NCBI GenBank assembly: GCA_026387385.1
Contig: JAPLLU010000091.1
Span: 1-48,031 of the forward strand
Length of the DNA: 48,031 bases
Direction of reading: 5' to 3'
Origin: Candidatus Omnitrophota bacterium
GTDB taxonomy: Bacteria; Omnitrophota; Gorgyraeia; Gygaellales; Profunditerraquicolaceae
Both the position numbers and the translations under genes were made by a program. Under the pieces are notes generated by a model. That model saw only the letters and a list, made by a program, of their open reading frames with translations, ran no database searches and had not been told where the DNA came from. Positions 19,866 to 28,480 of the stretch are shown here, one piece after another; the stretch's first letter is position 1; the number at the start of each line of letters is the position of its first letter.

Positions 19866-21131
19866 TTAAAACTCCTCAATAAATCCTAGGATGACTTTTG
19901 CCAATTTCTCAGAGTCATGCCTTATCACATCGCTTATAGCAACAGTGTCTTCTTCTATCACGCGATAACCCATCCTCGCTATTTCTTCTGTGTCGCAATT
20001 AACCAGATGGGATTTCTCCTGCTCATAACGCTTCAGTGTCTCTTTAGGGATTTCTCCTGAATTTACTATACAGTAATCAAAAATACGCGGATGACTGTGC
20101 TTTATAAGCGCTCTTATATGATCTGCGGTATCATAGCCGTCCGTCTCTCCTGGTTGAGTCATTATATTGCATACGTACATCTTAATTGCGCTTGATGCCA
20201 CAATACTGTCGGTAATCTCTTTTATCAAAAGGTTAGGTATAATACTGGTATATAGCGAACCAGGGCCTAAAACTATAACCTGCGCCTCTTCAATTGCCTT
20301 TAATGCCTCTGGAGTTGCCTGATATTCAAATGGTCTAAGAAAAACTTTTTTTATTGGTATACCCTTTTTAGGAATCTTATTTTCTCCTTCAGTAGTTGAG
20401 CCGTCTTTATGTTCTGCCACCAATACCACATTATTCAATGTCGAAGGAATCACCTGCCCTCTTAGGGCTAATACTCGGCTAGTTTCTTTAATCGCCTTCT
20501 CGAAATCTCCGGTCAATTGAGTCATCACAGTAATAAAAAGATTTCCGAAGTTATGCCCGGACATCTCTGAATCTTTGCCAAACCTAAATTGGAATAAATC
20601 ACGCATCAATGTCGGTGCATCAGCTAAAGCCACCAGACAGTTACGTATATCTCCGGGGGGCAGTATATCAAATTGCTGTCTCAAGCGCCCGGAGGAACCG
20701 CCGTCATCGGCAACCGTAACGATGGCCGTGATATTATAGGTGTATTCCTTAAGCCCGCTTAAAATTACTGATAAGCCGGTACCGCCTCCTACAGTTACAA
20801 CTTTTGGGCCGCGGGCAAGCTGTCTTTTTTGATATAAAATATCTACGAGTTGGACATTTTTTTCAGAAGGACCAAATTCTCTTATGAAAAAACGCATCAA
20901 CCTCTTGATACCTAGAATTAAAATTATTATGCCGGAAATCAATACTATTGCATTTAGTGCCTGTACTATCCGCAATTCTTCTGTCCGTAAACCTAGTGAC
21001 CCGATAATTATAAGAATAACCCCAAAGGCCGAAAGGGAAATCCAGCGTTTTATGCCTATGCCCGGATAAAACCACTTCAATACTATCCTGGCCTTAAGCC
21101 CCATTTTATTTACATCAAATCTTTTTCTCAT
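19866..21131 (-). CDS. YvcK/CofD-family (UPF0052, gluconeogenesis-factor-like) protein with an N-terminal two-helix membrane extension
   Basis: 421 aa: VVTVGGGTGLSVILSGLK, VADDGGSSGRLR, GPGSLYTSIIPNLL. Roughly the first 90 aa are hydrophobic. Confidence 0.82.
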   Translation of the reverse strand: MRKRFDVNKMGLKARIVLKWFYPGIGIKRWISLSAFGVILIIIGSLGLRTEELRIVQALNAIVLISGIIILILGIKRLMRFFIREFGPSEKNVQLVDILYQKRQLARGPKVVTVGGGTGLSVILSGLKEYTYNITAIVTVADDGGSSGRLRQQFDILPPGDIRNCLVALADAPTLMRDLFQFRFGKDSEMSGHNFGNLFITVMTQLTGDFEKAIKETSRVLALRGQVIPSTLNNVVLVAEHKDGSTTEGENKIPKKGIPIKKVFLRPFEYQATPEALKAIEEAQVIVLGPGSLYTSIIPNLLIKEITDSIVASSAIKMYVCNIMTQPGETDGYDTADHIRALIKHSHPRIFDYCIVNSGEIPKETLKRYEQEKSHLVNCDTEEIARMGYRVIEEDTVAISDVIRHDSEKLAKVILGFIEEF

Positions 21132-21585
21132 CTTCCTGGCTGATTATGTTTATAACAGACTTATCATCTTGGCACGCGCGCAGGTTGTCGCGAAAATATT
21201 TATCTTTAAGCAGGCGTGAAATTCTTGCCAATGCCTTTAGATGTGGACCGGCAGAATCCTGTGGTGCTACTAACAAAAAGAATATATACGCGGGTTCTCC
21301 GTCTAAGGAATCAAAGTCTACCCCCTTTTTAGAAAGACCAAAAGCCGCTACAAGCTTTTTTATTCCTTCTATTTTTGCATGCGGTATAGCTACCCCATGG
21401 CCGATAGCAGTCGAGCCCAAAGACTCTCTTGCAATTAATGCTTCAATGAGCTTGTTTTGATAGCGTCCTTCAATTTCATCGGCCCTAATTAACACCTCTA
21501 CTAATTCTTTAATTACGTCTTCTTTCTTTGCAGACTTAACGTCAGTAATTATTGCTTTCTTGGATAAAAACTCTAGTATATTCAT
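21115..21585 (-). CDS. ptsN: PTS EIIA-Ntr type (fructose/nitrogen family IIA) protein
   Basis: 156 aa: GSTAIGHGVAIPHAK is the EIIA type-2 phosphorylation site. A GGAGG RBS is present. Confidence 0.85.
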   Translation of the reverse strand: MNILEFLSKKAIITDVKSAKKEDVIKELVEVLIRADEIEGRYQNKLIEALIARESLGSTAIGHGVAIPHAKIEGIKKLVAAFGLSKKGVDFDSLDGEPAYIFFLLVAPQDSAGPHLKALARISRLLKDKYFRDNLRACQDDKSVINIISQEDEKKI

Positions 21586-21703
21586 CAGAATTATTCCTCC
21601 TTTGTTAGTATAATCAAGCTAAGCTTAAAGCGCGGTAAGCGACGAACACATCTCTTCCGCCTCAAAACCCTTTAGATTTAGCTTCCTTTTTTAACGCCTT
21701 TTA

Positions 21704-21775
21704 AGCGGCGGACGGGACTTGAACCCGTGACATTCTGCTTGGCAAGCAGACATTCTACCGCTGTATTACCGCCTC
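21704..21775 (-). tRNA. tRNA-Gly (GCC); no encoded CCA; two stem mismatches
   Basis: Minus-strand read: GAGGCGG TA ATAC AGCGGTA GAAT G TCTGC TTGCCAA GCAGA ATGTC ACGGG TTCAAGT CCCGT CCGCCGC T. The cloverleaf fits, except for A2.G71 in the acceptor stem and A12.A23 in the D stem. Confidence 0.75.
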
Positions 21776-21830
21776 TTTATTTCCTAAACCTCTATCGCTT
21801 GACCTTTAAAAAACCTTATCTTAAACGATC

Positions 21831-21915
21831 TGGTGCGGACGGAGGGAGTTGAACCCCCAAGGGTTGCCCCACAAGATCCTAAATCTTGCGCGTATGCCAG
21901 TTCCGCCACGTCCGC
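21831..21915 (-). tRNA. tRNA-Leu (TAG), long variable arm, CCA encoded
   Basis: Minus-strand read: GCGGACG TG GCGGAACTGGCATACGC G CAAGA TTTAGGA TCTTG TGGGGCAACCCTT GGGGG TTCAACT CCCTC CGTCCGC A CCA. Confidence 0.9.
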
Positions 21916-21943
21916 GATAATAAATAAGCGATACGAAAATTTA

Positions 21944-22016
21944 TGAGCCTCCCGCGATTCGAACGCGGCACGGCCATCTTAAAAGGATGGTGCTCTACCA
22001 AATGAGCTAGAGGCCC
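21944..22016 (-). tRNA. tRNA-Lys (TTT); no encoded CCA
   Basis: Minus-strand read: GGGCCTC TA GCTC ATTTGGTA GAGC A CCATC CTTTTAA GATGG CCGTG CCGCG TTCGAAT CGCGG GAGGCTC A. Confidence 0.9.
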
Positions 22017-22026
22017 GAATTTATTC

Positions 22027-22158
22027 AGCGTAAAGTGCAAAGCGAAAAACTCCTGCCTGCCGGTGAGGTAGGAAAGTTAAAAACTTAAAACCTTTTTAGT
22101 TTTACCTGACTGCCGTCAGGCAGGCGTTTTAACTTTACGCTTTAAGCTTTTAGCTTTA
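22027..22158 (+). repeat. Family A palindromic repeat, long form (copy A3)
   Basis: It lies between tRNA-Lys and frr and has the same ends and internal palindromes as A1. Confidence 0.9.
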
Positions 22159-22160
22159 TA

Positions 22161-22721
22161 CTAAAACTCTAAAATTTCTTTTTCTTTACTTTTTAATAAT
22201 ACGTCTATATTAGCGATATATTTATCTACGAGCTTCTGAAGTTCATCAATACCTCTGAACTTATCATCTTCGGCTATAACTTTATCTTTTTCTAATTTTT
22301 CCAGTGCCTCTTTTGAATCACGCCTAATGGTGCGTAAGGATACCCTGCCTTCTTCGGTCATTTTATGCACTACCTTAACCAACTCCTCGCGCCTTTCTTT
22401 AGATAAAGGCGGCACTGCTAGCCTTATTAACGTTCCGTTGTTGGAAGGATTAATCCCTAAATTAGATTTCATAATTGCTTTTTCAATTTCAGGTATTGCT
22501 GTTTTATCCCAGGGCTGTATTGTAATCAGGTGCGCATCGGGAGAAGAAATAGAAGCCAGCTGCTTAAGTAAAGTCGGCGTGCCATAGTAATCAACATGCA
22601 AGCCCTCTACAAGAGTCGGGCTAGCCCTGCCTGTCCTAATCTCGTGAAACTCTCTATTCACCGATTCTACTGCCTTTTTCATTTTGTCTTCGGTATTGTG
22701 CAAGATTTCTTTCACGGCCAT
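22161..22721 (-). CDS. frr: Ribosome recycling factor
   Basis: 186 aa: typical RRF (FHEIRTGRASPTLVEGLHVDYYG..., PPLSKERREELVK). Confidence 0.93.
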   Translation of the reverse strand: MAVKEILHNTEDKMKKAVESVNREFHEIRTGRASPTLVEGLHVDYYGTPTLLKQLASISSPDAHLITIQPWDKTAIPEIEKAIMKSNLGINPSNNGTLIRLAVPPLSKERREELVKVVHKMTEEGRVSLRTIRRDSKEALEKLEKDKVIAEDDKFRGIDELQKLVDKYIANIDVLLKSKEKEILEF

Positions 22722-22789
22722 TTTTAATCATCTCCTTCAATAAATAATATTTTTAACAGGCTAATTAATCCTATTCCTTTTATTATCTG

Positions 22790-22879
22790 CCCCGTTAGAA
22801 AAACCGTTATTTATGGCGCAGGGATAAGATTGATTCCTTACAGAAAGCTCGATGTAAAACCCCACCCTTTCTAACGGGG
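22790..22879 (+). repeat. Family G hairpin element (copy G1)
   Basis: Outer stem ccccgttagaaa / tttctaacgggg. The interior atttatggcg...ggga resembles G2. It lies about 60 nt upstream of the frr RBS in transcript sense. Confidence 0.8.
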
Positions 22880-22891
22880 TCTGCTTCGGAA

Positions 22892-23042
22892 TTTATACTC
22901 CGCGGCCTGTAAACCTGCGCCCTTTAGGGCGCGCCCGCCTCACCGGACGGGCAGGGATGGATTGTGGCCGCTTGAGTATCCAGCCTTTAGGGCCCTTAGG
23001 AACCGCCTAAAGGCTTATAGCCTTTAGGCGGGCGCGGGCTCC
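22892..23042 (-). repeat. Family H repeat (copy H1)
   Basis: Its reverse complement (ggagcccgcgcccgcctaaaggctataagcctttaggcggttcctaagggccctaaaggctggatac...gccctaaagggcgcaggtttacaggccgcggagtataaa) aligns end to end with H2. Confidence 0.88.
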
Positions 23043-23124
23043 ATTTATAGCTAAAAAAAGCTCAAGGATCTAATCTTGTAATCTTTCCCCAGGAAGAAAT
23101 ATTTCTTAATAAAAAGGAGAGGGG

Positions 23125-23847
23125 TCATTTTATAATTGTACCGATTCTTTGACCCAACACCACGTGCCTGATATTATCTTTTTTATTGAGATTAAATACT
23201 ACAATTGGCAATTTGTTGTCCATGCAGAGGCTGACTGCGGTTGCATCCATCACTTTAAGTCTTTTCTTCAATAAATCTATGTATTTTAAACTATTGAATT
23301 TCTTAGCACCTCTTACCTTTAAAGGATCCGCAGAATATACCCCGTCTACCTTAGTTGCCTTTAATATTACTTGTGCGTGTATCTCCATTGCCCGAAGTGC
23401 CGCAGCAGTATCAGTAGTAAAATAGGGGTTACCTGTTCCTGCTACGAATATAACCACGCGGCCTTTCTCTAAATGTCTTATTGCCCTTCTTCTGATATAA
23501 GGTTCGGCAACCCGCTGCATTTCTATGGCTGTCATTACCCGCGTGGGTACACCGGTATTTTCCAATACATTCTGTAGCGCCAGGCCATTAATAACCGTAG
23601 CCAGCATCCCCATATAGTCGGCTACGGACCTGTCCATATCTAGCCCTAAAGAGCAGGTATTCTCCTGTCCGCGGAAGATGTTGCCTCCGCCCAATACTAT
23701 TGCCACATCCACCCCTAAATCTCTTATCTCTTTTATCTGCTGGGAAATGGAAATTAGAACGGTATGATCAATGCCGTGGGGCTTTTTGCCCTGGAGTGCT
23801 TCGCCGCTTAATTTTAGGACTATCCTTTTGTAGATGGGTCGAGCCAT
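23125..23847 (-). CDS. pyrH: UMP kinase
   Basis: 240 aa: [40 protein letters not shown]. Confidence 0.93.
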   Translation of the reverse strand: MARPIYKRIVLKLSGEALQGKKPHGIDHTVLISISQQIKEIRDLGVDVAIVLGGGNIFRGQENTCSLGLDMDRSVADYMGMLATVINGLALQNVLENTGVPTRVMTAIEMQRVAEPYIRRRAIRHLEKGRVVIFVAGTGNPYFTTDTAAALRAMEIHAQVILKATKVDGVYSADPLKVRGAKKFNSLKYIDLLKKRLKVMDATAVSLCMDNKLPIVVFNLNKKDNIRHVVLGQRIGTIIK

Positions 23848-24383
23848 TATTCACCAACTTTATAGCGCATAAATCTGCGGATGACGATATTCTCACCAAC
23901 CTTAACCACCAAACTCGCCAAATAGTCTTTTATAGTAATGGCGGGGTCTTTAACGTAAACCTGTTCTAATAAGCAATAAGCTTTATAAAACTGTTCTTTG
24001 TCTTTTTCCTGGTCAATAACACTAGCCGGAACATCTTCTTTTTTGATATATACAGGATTGCAGGCTGTTATCTGCATAGCTACATCTTTTGTAAACTGAC
24101 AGAAATCTTCATTGCGGGCTACAAAATCCGTCTCGCAGCCGACTTCTAGCAATACCCCAATCTTATTACCCAGGTGAACATAGGCCTCAATTCTGCCTTC
24201 CTTGACTTGTCTTGCCTGTTTTTCTGCAGCAATCTGCAATCCCCGTTTACGCAAAAGTTCAACGGCCTTGTCAATATCGCCTTTTGACTCTTGAAGCACC
24301 TTCTTACAATCTACTATACTGGCAGAGGTCATTTTTCTTAAATCTTTAATTGCATCTATGGATATTTGCTTTCGTGTACTCAT
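23847..24383 (-). CDS. tsf: Elongation factor Ts (short 178-aa form)
   Basis: UBA-like N-terminus ([34 protein letters not shown]) and core ([33 protein letters not shown]). The stop overlaps the pyrH start (TAATG). Confidence 0.88.
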   Translation of the reverse strand: MSTRKQISIDAIKDLRKMTSASIVDCKKVLQESKGDIDKAVELLRKRGLQIAAEKQARQVKEGRIEAYVHLGNKIGVLLEVGCETDFVARNEDFCQFTKDVAMQITACNPVYIKKEDVPASVIDQEKDKEQFYKAYCLLEQVYVKDPAITIKDYLASLVVKVGENIVIRRFMRYKVGE

Positions 24384-25270
24384 TTCTTTTTCGCCCTTGT
24401 TTTTTCTTCTGGAACCTTCCCAGAACGCCCTCTTTTTGTAGGCCCTGCATCTTCTTCGGGACTTTCTATAGTTTCTACTATCTCCTCTATTACTTTTATC
24501 TCTTCTTCAGGAAGCGCTGTTGGTAATTCTGTTTCCTTTCCTTCCTCAGTCTTTATAGCTACCCCTTCTTGGGAAAGATATGACAAAAACCTCTTTCTCC
24601 CCTCAATTATGCTATCGGCAATAAAATTGGTAACAGCCTGTATGGATTTAGTAGCATCATCATTGCCTGGGATGGGATAAGCAATAAGGTCAGGATCGGA
24701 GTTAGTGTCAATAAGGGCGATTACCGGTATGGACAACCTGTTAGCCTCCCTTACTGCCGTCTCTTCTTTCTTGGTATCCACAATAAAAATGGCCTGCGGC
24801 ATGCGCTCCATCTGGACGATTCCTGAAAAATCCTTCATTAACTTAGCTAATTCTTTCTCGAGACGAGCCACTTCCTTCTTGGTAAGATTCTGAAAAGTAC
24901 CGTCCTCTTTCATTTTCTCTATCTCGCGCAGGCGGTTTAAGCTCTTTTTTATGGTGAAGTAGTTGGTAAGCAAGCCTCCGGGCCAGCGTTCAGTTACATA
25001 ATACATCCCAGATCGTATTGCTTCCTTTTTCACAACCTCCTGAGCCTGCTTTTTTGTCCCCACAAACAGCACAAATTCACCTTTTGAGGTTATCTCAAGC
25101 AAAAAATCTCTGGCTTTATTTAAACAATCCTGGGTCTTTTCTAAGTCAATGATGTAAATACTGCTTCTTTCGCCAAAGATAAATTTTTTCATCTTTGGAT
25201 TCCAGCGTGAAGTCTTATGTCCAAAATGTACACCTGCTTCTAAAAGTTCTTTAATTAGTTCTGATGGCAA
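24380..25270 (-). CDS. rpsB: 30S ribosomal protein S2, with a C-terminal extension of about 55 aa rich in Glu and Lys
   Basis: [20 protein letters not shown]... The track start is a TTG at 25297. An internal TTG at 25268-25270 is preceded by GGAAAGGAGA at good spacing and gives [18 protein letters not shown], which matches the family N-terminus length. Confidence 0.88.
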   Translation of the reverse strand: MPSELIKELLEAGVHFGHKTSRWNPKMKKFIFGERSSIYIIDLEKTQDCLNKARDFLLEITSKGEFVLFVGTKKQAQEVVKKEAIRSGMYYVTERWPGGLLTNYFTIKKSLNRLREIEKMKEDGTFQNLTKKEVARLEKELAKLMKDFSGIVQMERMPQAIFIVDTKKEETAVREANRLSIPVIALIDTNSDPDLIAYPIPGNDDATKSIQAVTNFIADSIIEGRKRFLSYLSQEGVAIKTEEGKETELPTALPEEEIKVIEEIVETIESPEEDAGPTKRGRSGKVPEEKTRAKKK

Positions 25271-25303
25271 AGTACCTGTCTCCTTTCCGGATTTCAAAAT
25301 TTA

Positions 25304-25402
25304 CCCCGCACCTCGTAAAGCCCCGCCATTTATGGCGGGGATGGAAGGGGTACGCTTAATAAGTCTTCCCTAAAGCCTCGTCCTTTAGGACGAGGTGCGG
25401 GG
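25304..25402 (+). repeat. Family G hairpin element (copy G2)
   Basis: Outer stem ccccgcacctcg / cgaggtgcgggg (perfect 12 bp). Inner hairpins ccccgcca-ttta-tggcgggg and cctcgtcc-ttta-ggacgagg. It lies immediately upstream of rpsB. Confidence 0.88.
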
Positions 25403-25487
25403 TTTACTTATTAATGTAAATTTTCCTTTGAGTTATTGTCAAATTAATCTTTTAGTGTAACATATTATTTCTTAGTTTCAACTGTTT

Positions 25488-25623
25488 TTAATGAGCGCAT
25501 ACCTTATGGAGGCGATAGCCGACATAAGGTATATGCGCGAATTAACCCCACACCCAGAAAGCAATAGATTTGATTATTACTGCTGGGTGTGGGGTAAGTT
25601 CGGACGCTCCATAACTTATGTCC
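25488..25623 (+). repeat. Family F tripartite structured repeat (copy F-B)
   Basis: ttaatgagc + hairpin (gcataccTTATGGAGGC..GCCGACATAAggtatatgc) + gcgaatt + hairpin (aaccccacaccca..tgggtgtggggt) + aagttcggac + gCTCCATAActtatgtcc. Confidence 0.9.
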
Positions 25624-25627
25624 TCAT

Positions 25628-27418
25628 TTATCTACGTAATTCCTGCATCTGGTAAAGCCTTTTATATAATCCATCGCAGGTAATAAGAGATTCGTGATTG
25701 CCCTGCTCAACAATTCTCGATTCATTAATAACAATAATCCTATGCGCATTTCTTATTGTAGATAGCCTGTGCGCTATCACAAATACAGTGCGTCCTTTTA
25801 TAAGCCTATTTAGTGCTTCCTGGACAATACGCTCTGATTCTAAATCCAGCTGCGAAGTGGCTTCGTCTAAGATTAAAACAGGCGGATCCTTAAGTAAGGC
25901 GCGAGCAATTGCAATCCTCTGGCGCTCTCCCCCGGAAAGCCTCATGCCCCTATCACCGATAACTGTCTCATACCCACAAGGAAAATGCTCAATAAAATCA
26001 TGCGCGTAAGCCTCTTTTGCTGCCTTCTCTATATCCTGCAATGAGGCGCCTGGTTTACCATAAGCAATATTTGCCTTTATTGTATCATTAAAAAGTATAG
26101 TCTCCTGAGTAACTATGCCTATTTGTTGACGTAAGGATTTAAATGAAACCAGCCTTATATCCTTACCGTCAATTAATATCCTGCCTTTTTGGGGGTCGTA
26201 GAAACGGGGGATTAGGTCTACTAAAGTAGTCTTACCGCATCCGCTCGGACCAACTATGGCCAGTATTTCTCCTCTTTTTACTTCCAAATTTATTCCCTTT
26301 AGGATCTGCTGACTACCGTAGTTAAACCATACCTCCTCAAAAACTATATTGTTTTTGAATTCAGTTAACTCATCCGCATTTTCTTTTTCCGCAACTGATT
26401 GATGAGCATCTAATACTTCATAAATACGGCTACTGGCTGCCATGGCCTGCTGATTAGTGGCATTAACCTGGCTTAATTTTTTAAATGGCTTGACCAGTGA
26501 TAATAACGAACCTAAAAAAAGTCCGAATACCCCAAAAGAAAGCCTACCGGCAATAACCTCTTTGCCTCCCCAGAAAAATACAAATACCCCGGCAATGGCG
26601 CCTAAGAATTCCGTGGAGGGTCCTAAAATAAGATTACGTTTTATGGATTTCATGGCCACCTTATAATAATCGCGGTTGACCTGGTTAAATCTTTTTATCT
26701 CGTAATCTTCCATATTAAAGGCCTTAACAATCCTTACGCCTATGATTGTTTCGTAAAGTAGCGAATTCGTATCCGCTATCTTTTCCTGCCCCTTACGGGA
26801 TAATTTTCTTAACACCTTGCCCACCTTTATGATGGGAATACTTATGAGCGGTAAAAGTATCAGTGTGATTAGGGCAAGCTTAGCATAAATAAAGAATATT
26901 AACACAGTAAATAAAACTACCTGTAAACTTTGGTAGATTAAGTCCGTAGAGCCATAAGAAACCGCATTTTCTACAAGCCTTACATCATTGGTGATGCGTG
27001 AAATAAGCTCGCCTCCGCGTTTATGGGTAAAATAATCCATTGAAAGGGCCTGAAGCTTTGCATATAGTTTTGATTTTATATCTCTGACCACCCGTTGTCC
27101 GATGTCAGACATAAGATAGGTCTGTAAAAATCCGAATATCCCCTTAAGAAAAAAAAGAGCCAGGACTCCTATCGCCATGTATTTTAATAATACCATGGCT
27201 TCCGTATTATTTAACTTATCCACAAAACCGGCTAAAAAAGCGGGGAGCTTCGTAGGTACAATGATTTTCTGCTTGCTTAATACCTTATCAGCTAACGGAA
27301 CAATCATCGCAAGAGAGACTCCGTCAAATATTGCCGAAAAAAACATACAAATCCCTGCTAAGGTAAATAGGCTAAGGTAAGGCTTGACAAACTTAAGTAA
27401 TCTCAAATATTCGCGCAT
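25628..27418 (-). CDS. msbA: ABC transporter permease/ATPase, MsbA-like lipid A exporter
   Basis: 596 aa: six-TM domain plus NBD (GPSGCGKTT Walker A, LSGGERQRIAIARAL signature, LILDEATS Walker B). It lies next to an lpxB cluster. Confidence 0.8.
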   Translation of the reverse strand: MREYLRLLKFVKPYLSLFTLAGICMFFSAIFDGVSLAMIVPLADKVLSKQKIIVPTKLPAFLAGFVDKLNNTEAMVLLKYMAIGVLALFFLKGIFGFLQTYLMSDIGQRVVRDIKSKLYAKLQALSMDYFTHKRGGELISRITNDVRLVENAVSYGSTDLIYQSLQVVLFTVLIFFIYAKLALITLILLPLISIPIIKVGKVLRKLSRKGQEKIADTNSLLYETIIGVRIVKAFNMEDYEIKRFNQVNRDYYKVAMKSIKRNLILGPSTEFLGAIAGVFVFFWGGKEVIAGRLSFGVFGLFLGSLLSLVKPFKKLSQVNATNQQAMAASSRIYEVLDAHQSVAEKENADELTEFKNNIVFEEVWFNYGSQQILKGINLEVKRGEILAIVGPSGCGKTTLVDLIPRFYDPQKGRILIDGKDIRLVSFKSLRQQIGIVTQETILFNDTIKANIAYGKPGASLQDIEKAAKEAYAHDFIEHFPCGYETVIGDRGMRLSGGERQRIAIARALLKDPPVLILDEATSQLDLESERIVQEALNRLIKGRTVFVIAHRLSTIRNAHRIIVINESRIVEQGNHESLITCDGLYKRLYQMQELRR

Positions 27419-27526
27419 TTCTTCTCTTCCTTAGGTTACTTTATAGAATAACTTAATAAACTTACAAATCTAGCATAATTTTATATTGTAACCCCTGTAA
27501 ATATAAAAGGTATTCTATCATAGCAA

Positions 27527-27555
27527 TTGACTTTTGTCTAATGGTTTGCTATCAT
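27527..27555 (+). promoter_or_regulatory. Candidate promoter for the oxidoreductase-lpxB operon, possibly producing a leaderless mRNA
   Basis: TTGACT (27527-27532) - 17 nt - TATCAT (27550-27555). The ATG at 27563 is only 7 nt past the -10 box, and no Shine-Dalgarno sequence is present. Confidence 0.45.
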
Positions 27556-27562
27556 TTTCGGT

Positions 27563-28480
27563 ATGATTAAGGTCAGAGTAGCCGTGATAGGAACGGGTCA
27601 TCTTGGTAGTATACATGCCAAGATATACAAAGAGATTGAAGCCTGTTCGCTGGTGGCAGTCTGCGATACAGATGAAACCCGCTTAAGCGAAGTATCCCAG
27701 AACCTGAATGTGCGTGGTTACGCTGATTACAGGGAACTTTTTGATAAGGTTGATGCGGTCAGTATAGCAACACCCACCAGGCTGCACTATCAGATTGCAT
27801 ATGATTTCCTAAAACATAATATACACACTCTGGTCGAAAAACCGTTCACCCTGCAGCTAAAAGAAGCTGAATCTTTAATAAAAGTGGCCGGAAGAAGAAA
27901 GCTCATCCTGCAGGTCGGCCATGTGGAAAGGTTCAATTCGGCATTTGCGGCTACACAAAAAATCATTAAGGACCCTAAATTCATTGAATGTCATAGGCTT
28001 AGCCCATTTCCTAATCGTTCGCTGGATATAGGCGTGGTTTTAGACGTAATGATACACGATATAGAAATCGTATTAGGATTAGTCAATTCACCTATAAAAA
28101 AAATTGAAGCGGTAGGCGTACCCGTGCTGACAAATTTTGAGGACATCGCTAATGCCCGTCTTACCTTTAAAAACGGCTGCATATGTAACCTGACTGCCAG
28201 CCGGATATCCGACGAACTGATGCGTAAAATCCGCATATTCCAGAAGAATACCTACATATCGCTGGACTACAAAAATGAAGAAGCGTTTATCTATAAAAAA
28301 ACGCCTTCGGGCATCACAAAAGAAAGCCTCCCCATAGAAAAGGAACAGCCTCTAAAAAAAGAACTCTCCTCATTTGTCGAATGCGTAATCCAGAATAAGC
28401 CCCCTCTTGTTTCAGGTGAAATAGCCAGATACGCCCTGGCAGTAGCCTTTAAAATCTGCAAAGAAATATGGAAAAAATAA
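27563..28480 (+). CDS. Gfo/Idh/MocA-family NAD-dependent oxidoreductase (possibly a UDP-GlcNAc 3-dehydrogenase GnnA-like enzyme, given its lpxB linkage)
   Basis: 305 aa: VAVIGTGHLGSIHAK Rossmann start and the EKP motif (VEKPF). The functional guess rests on gene context only. Confidence 0.75.
   Translation: MIKVRVAVIGTGHLGSIHAKIYKEIEACSLVAVCDTDETRLSEVSQNLNVRGYADYRELFDKVDAVSIATPTRLHYQIAYDFLKHNIHTLVEKPFTLQLKEAESLIKVAGRRKLILQVGHVERFNSAFAATQKIIKDPKFIECHRLSPFPNRSLDIGVVLDVMIHDIEIVLGLVNSPIKKIEAVGVPVLTNFEDIANARLTFKNGCICNLTASRISDELMRKIRIFQKNTYISLDYKNEEAFIYKKTPSGITKESLPIEKEQPLKKELSSFVECVIQNKPPLVSGEIARYALAVAFKICKEIWKK

Noticed and set aside
19636-19869. TTAA at the left boundary of all F copies, plus TTAA just right of F-A, as a possible target-site duplication of a TTAA-specific MITE.
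   Set aside because: Only F-A has a TTAA on the right side; F-B and F-C do not. The left TTAA is better explained as part of the conserved TTAA(A)TGAGC anchor.
22892-23042. Whether family H is a known small RNA (SRP, 6S or RNase P-like), given its size and GC-rich helices.
   Set aside because: The two copies lie in opposite orientation relative to transcription, differ by helix-removing indels, and lack the conserved SRP domain IV or RNase P motifs.
3654-25297. N-terminal extensions in the ORF track for aroE (to 3683), ilvB (to 8963), ptsH (to 19697) and rpsB (to 25297).
   Set aside because: The extra codons use TTG/GTG or upstream ATG starts that run into repeat elements or lack an RBS. 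Internal starts give N-termini that match the respective protein families. They were therefore treated as over-extended ORFs rather than real extensions.
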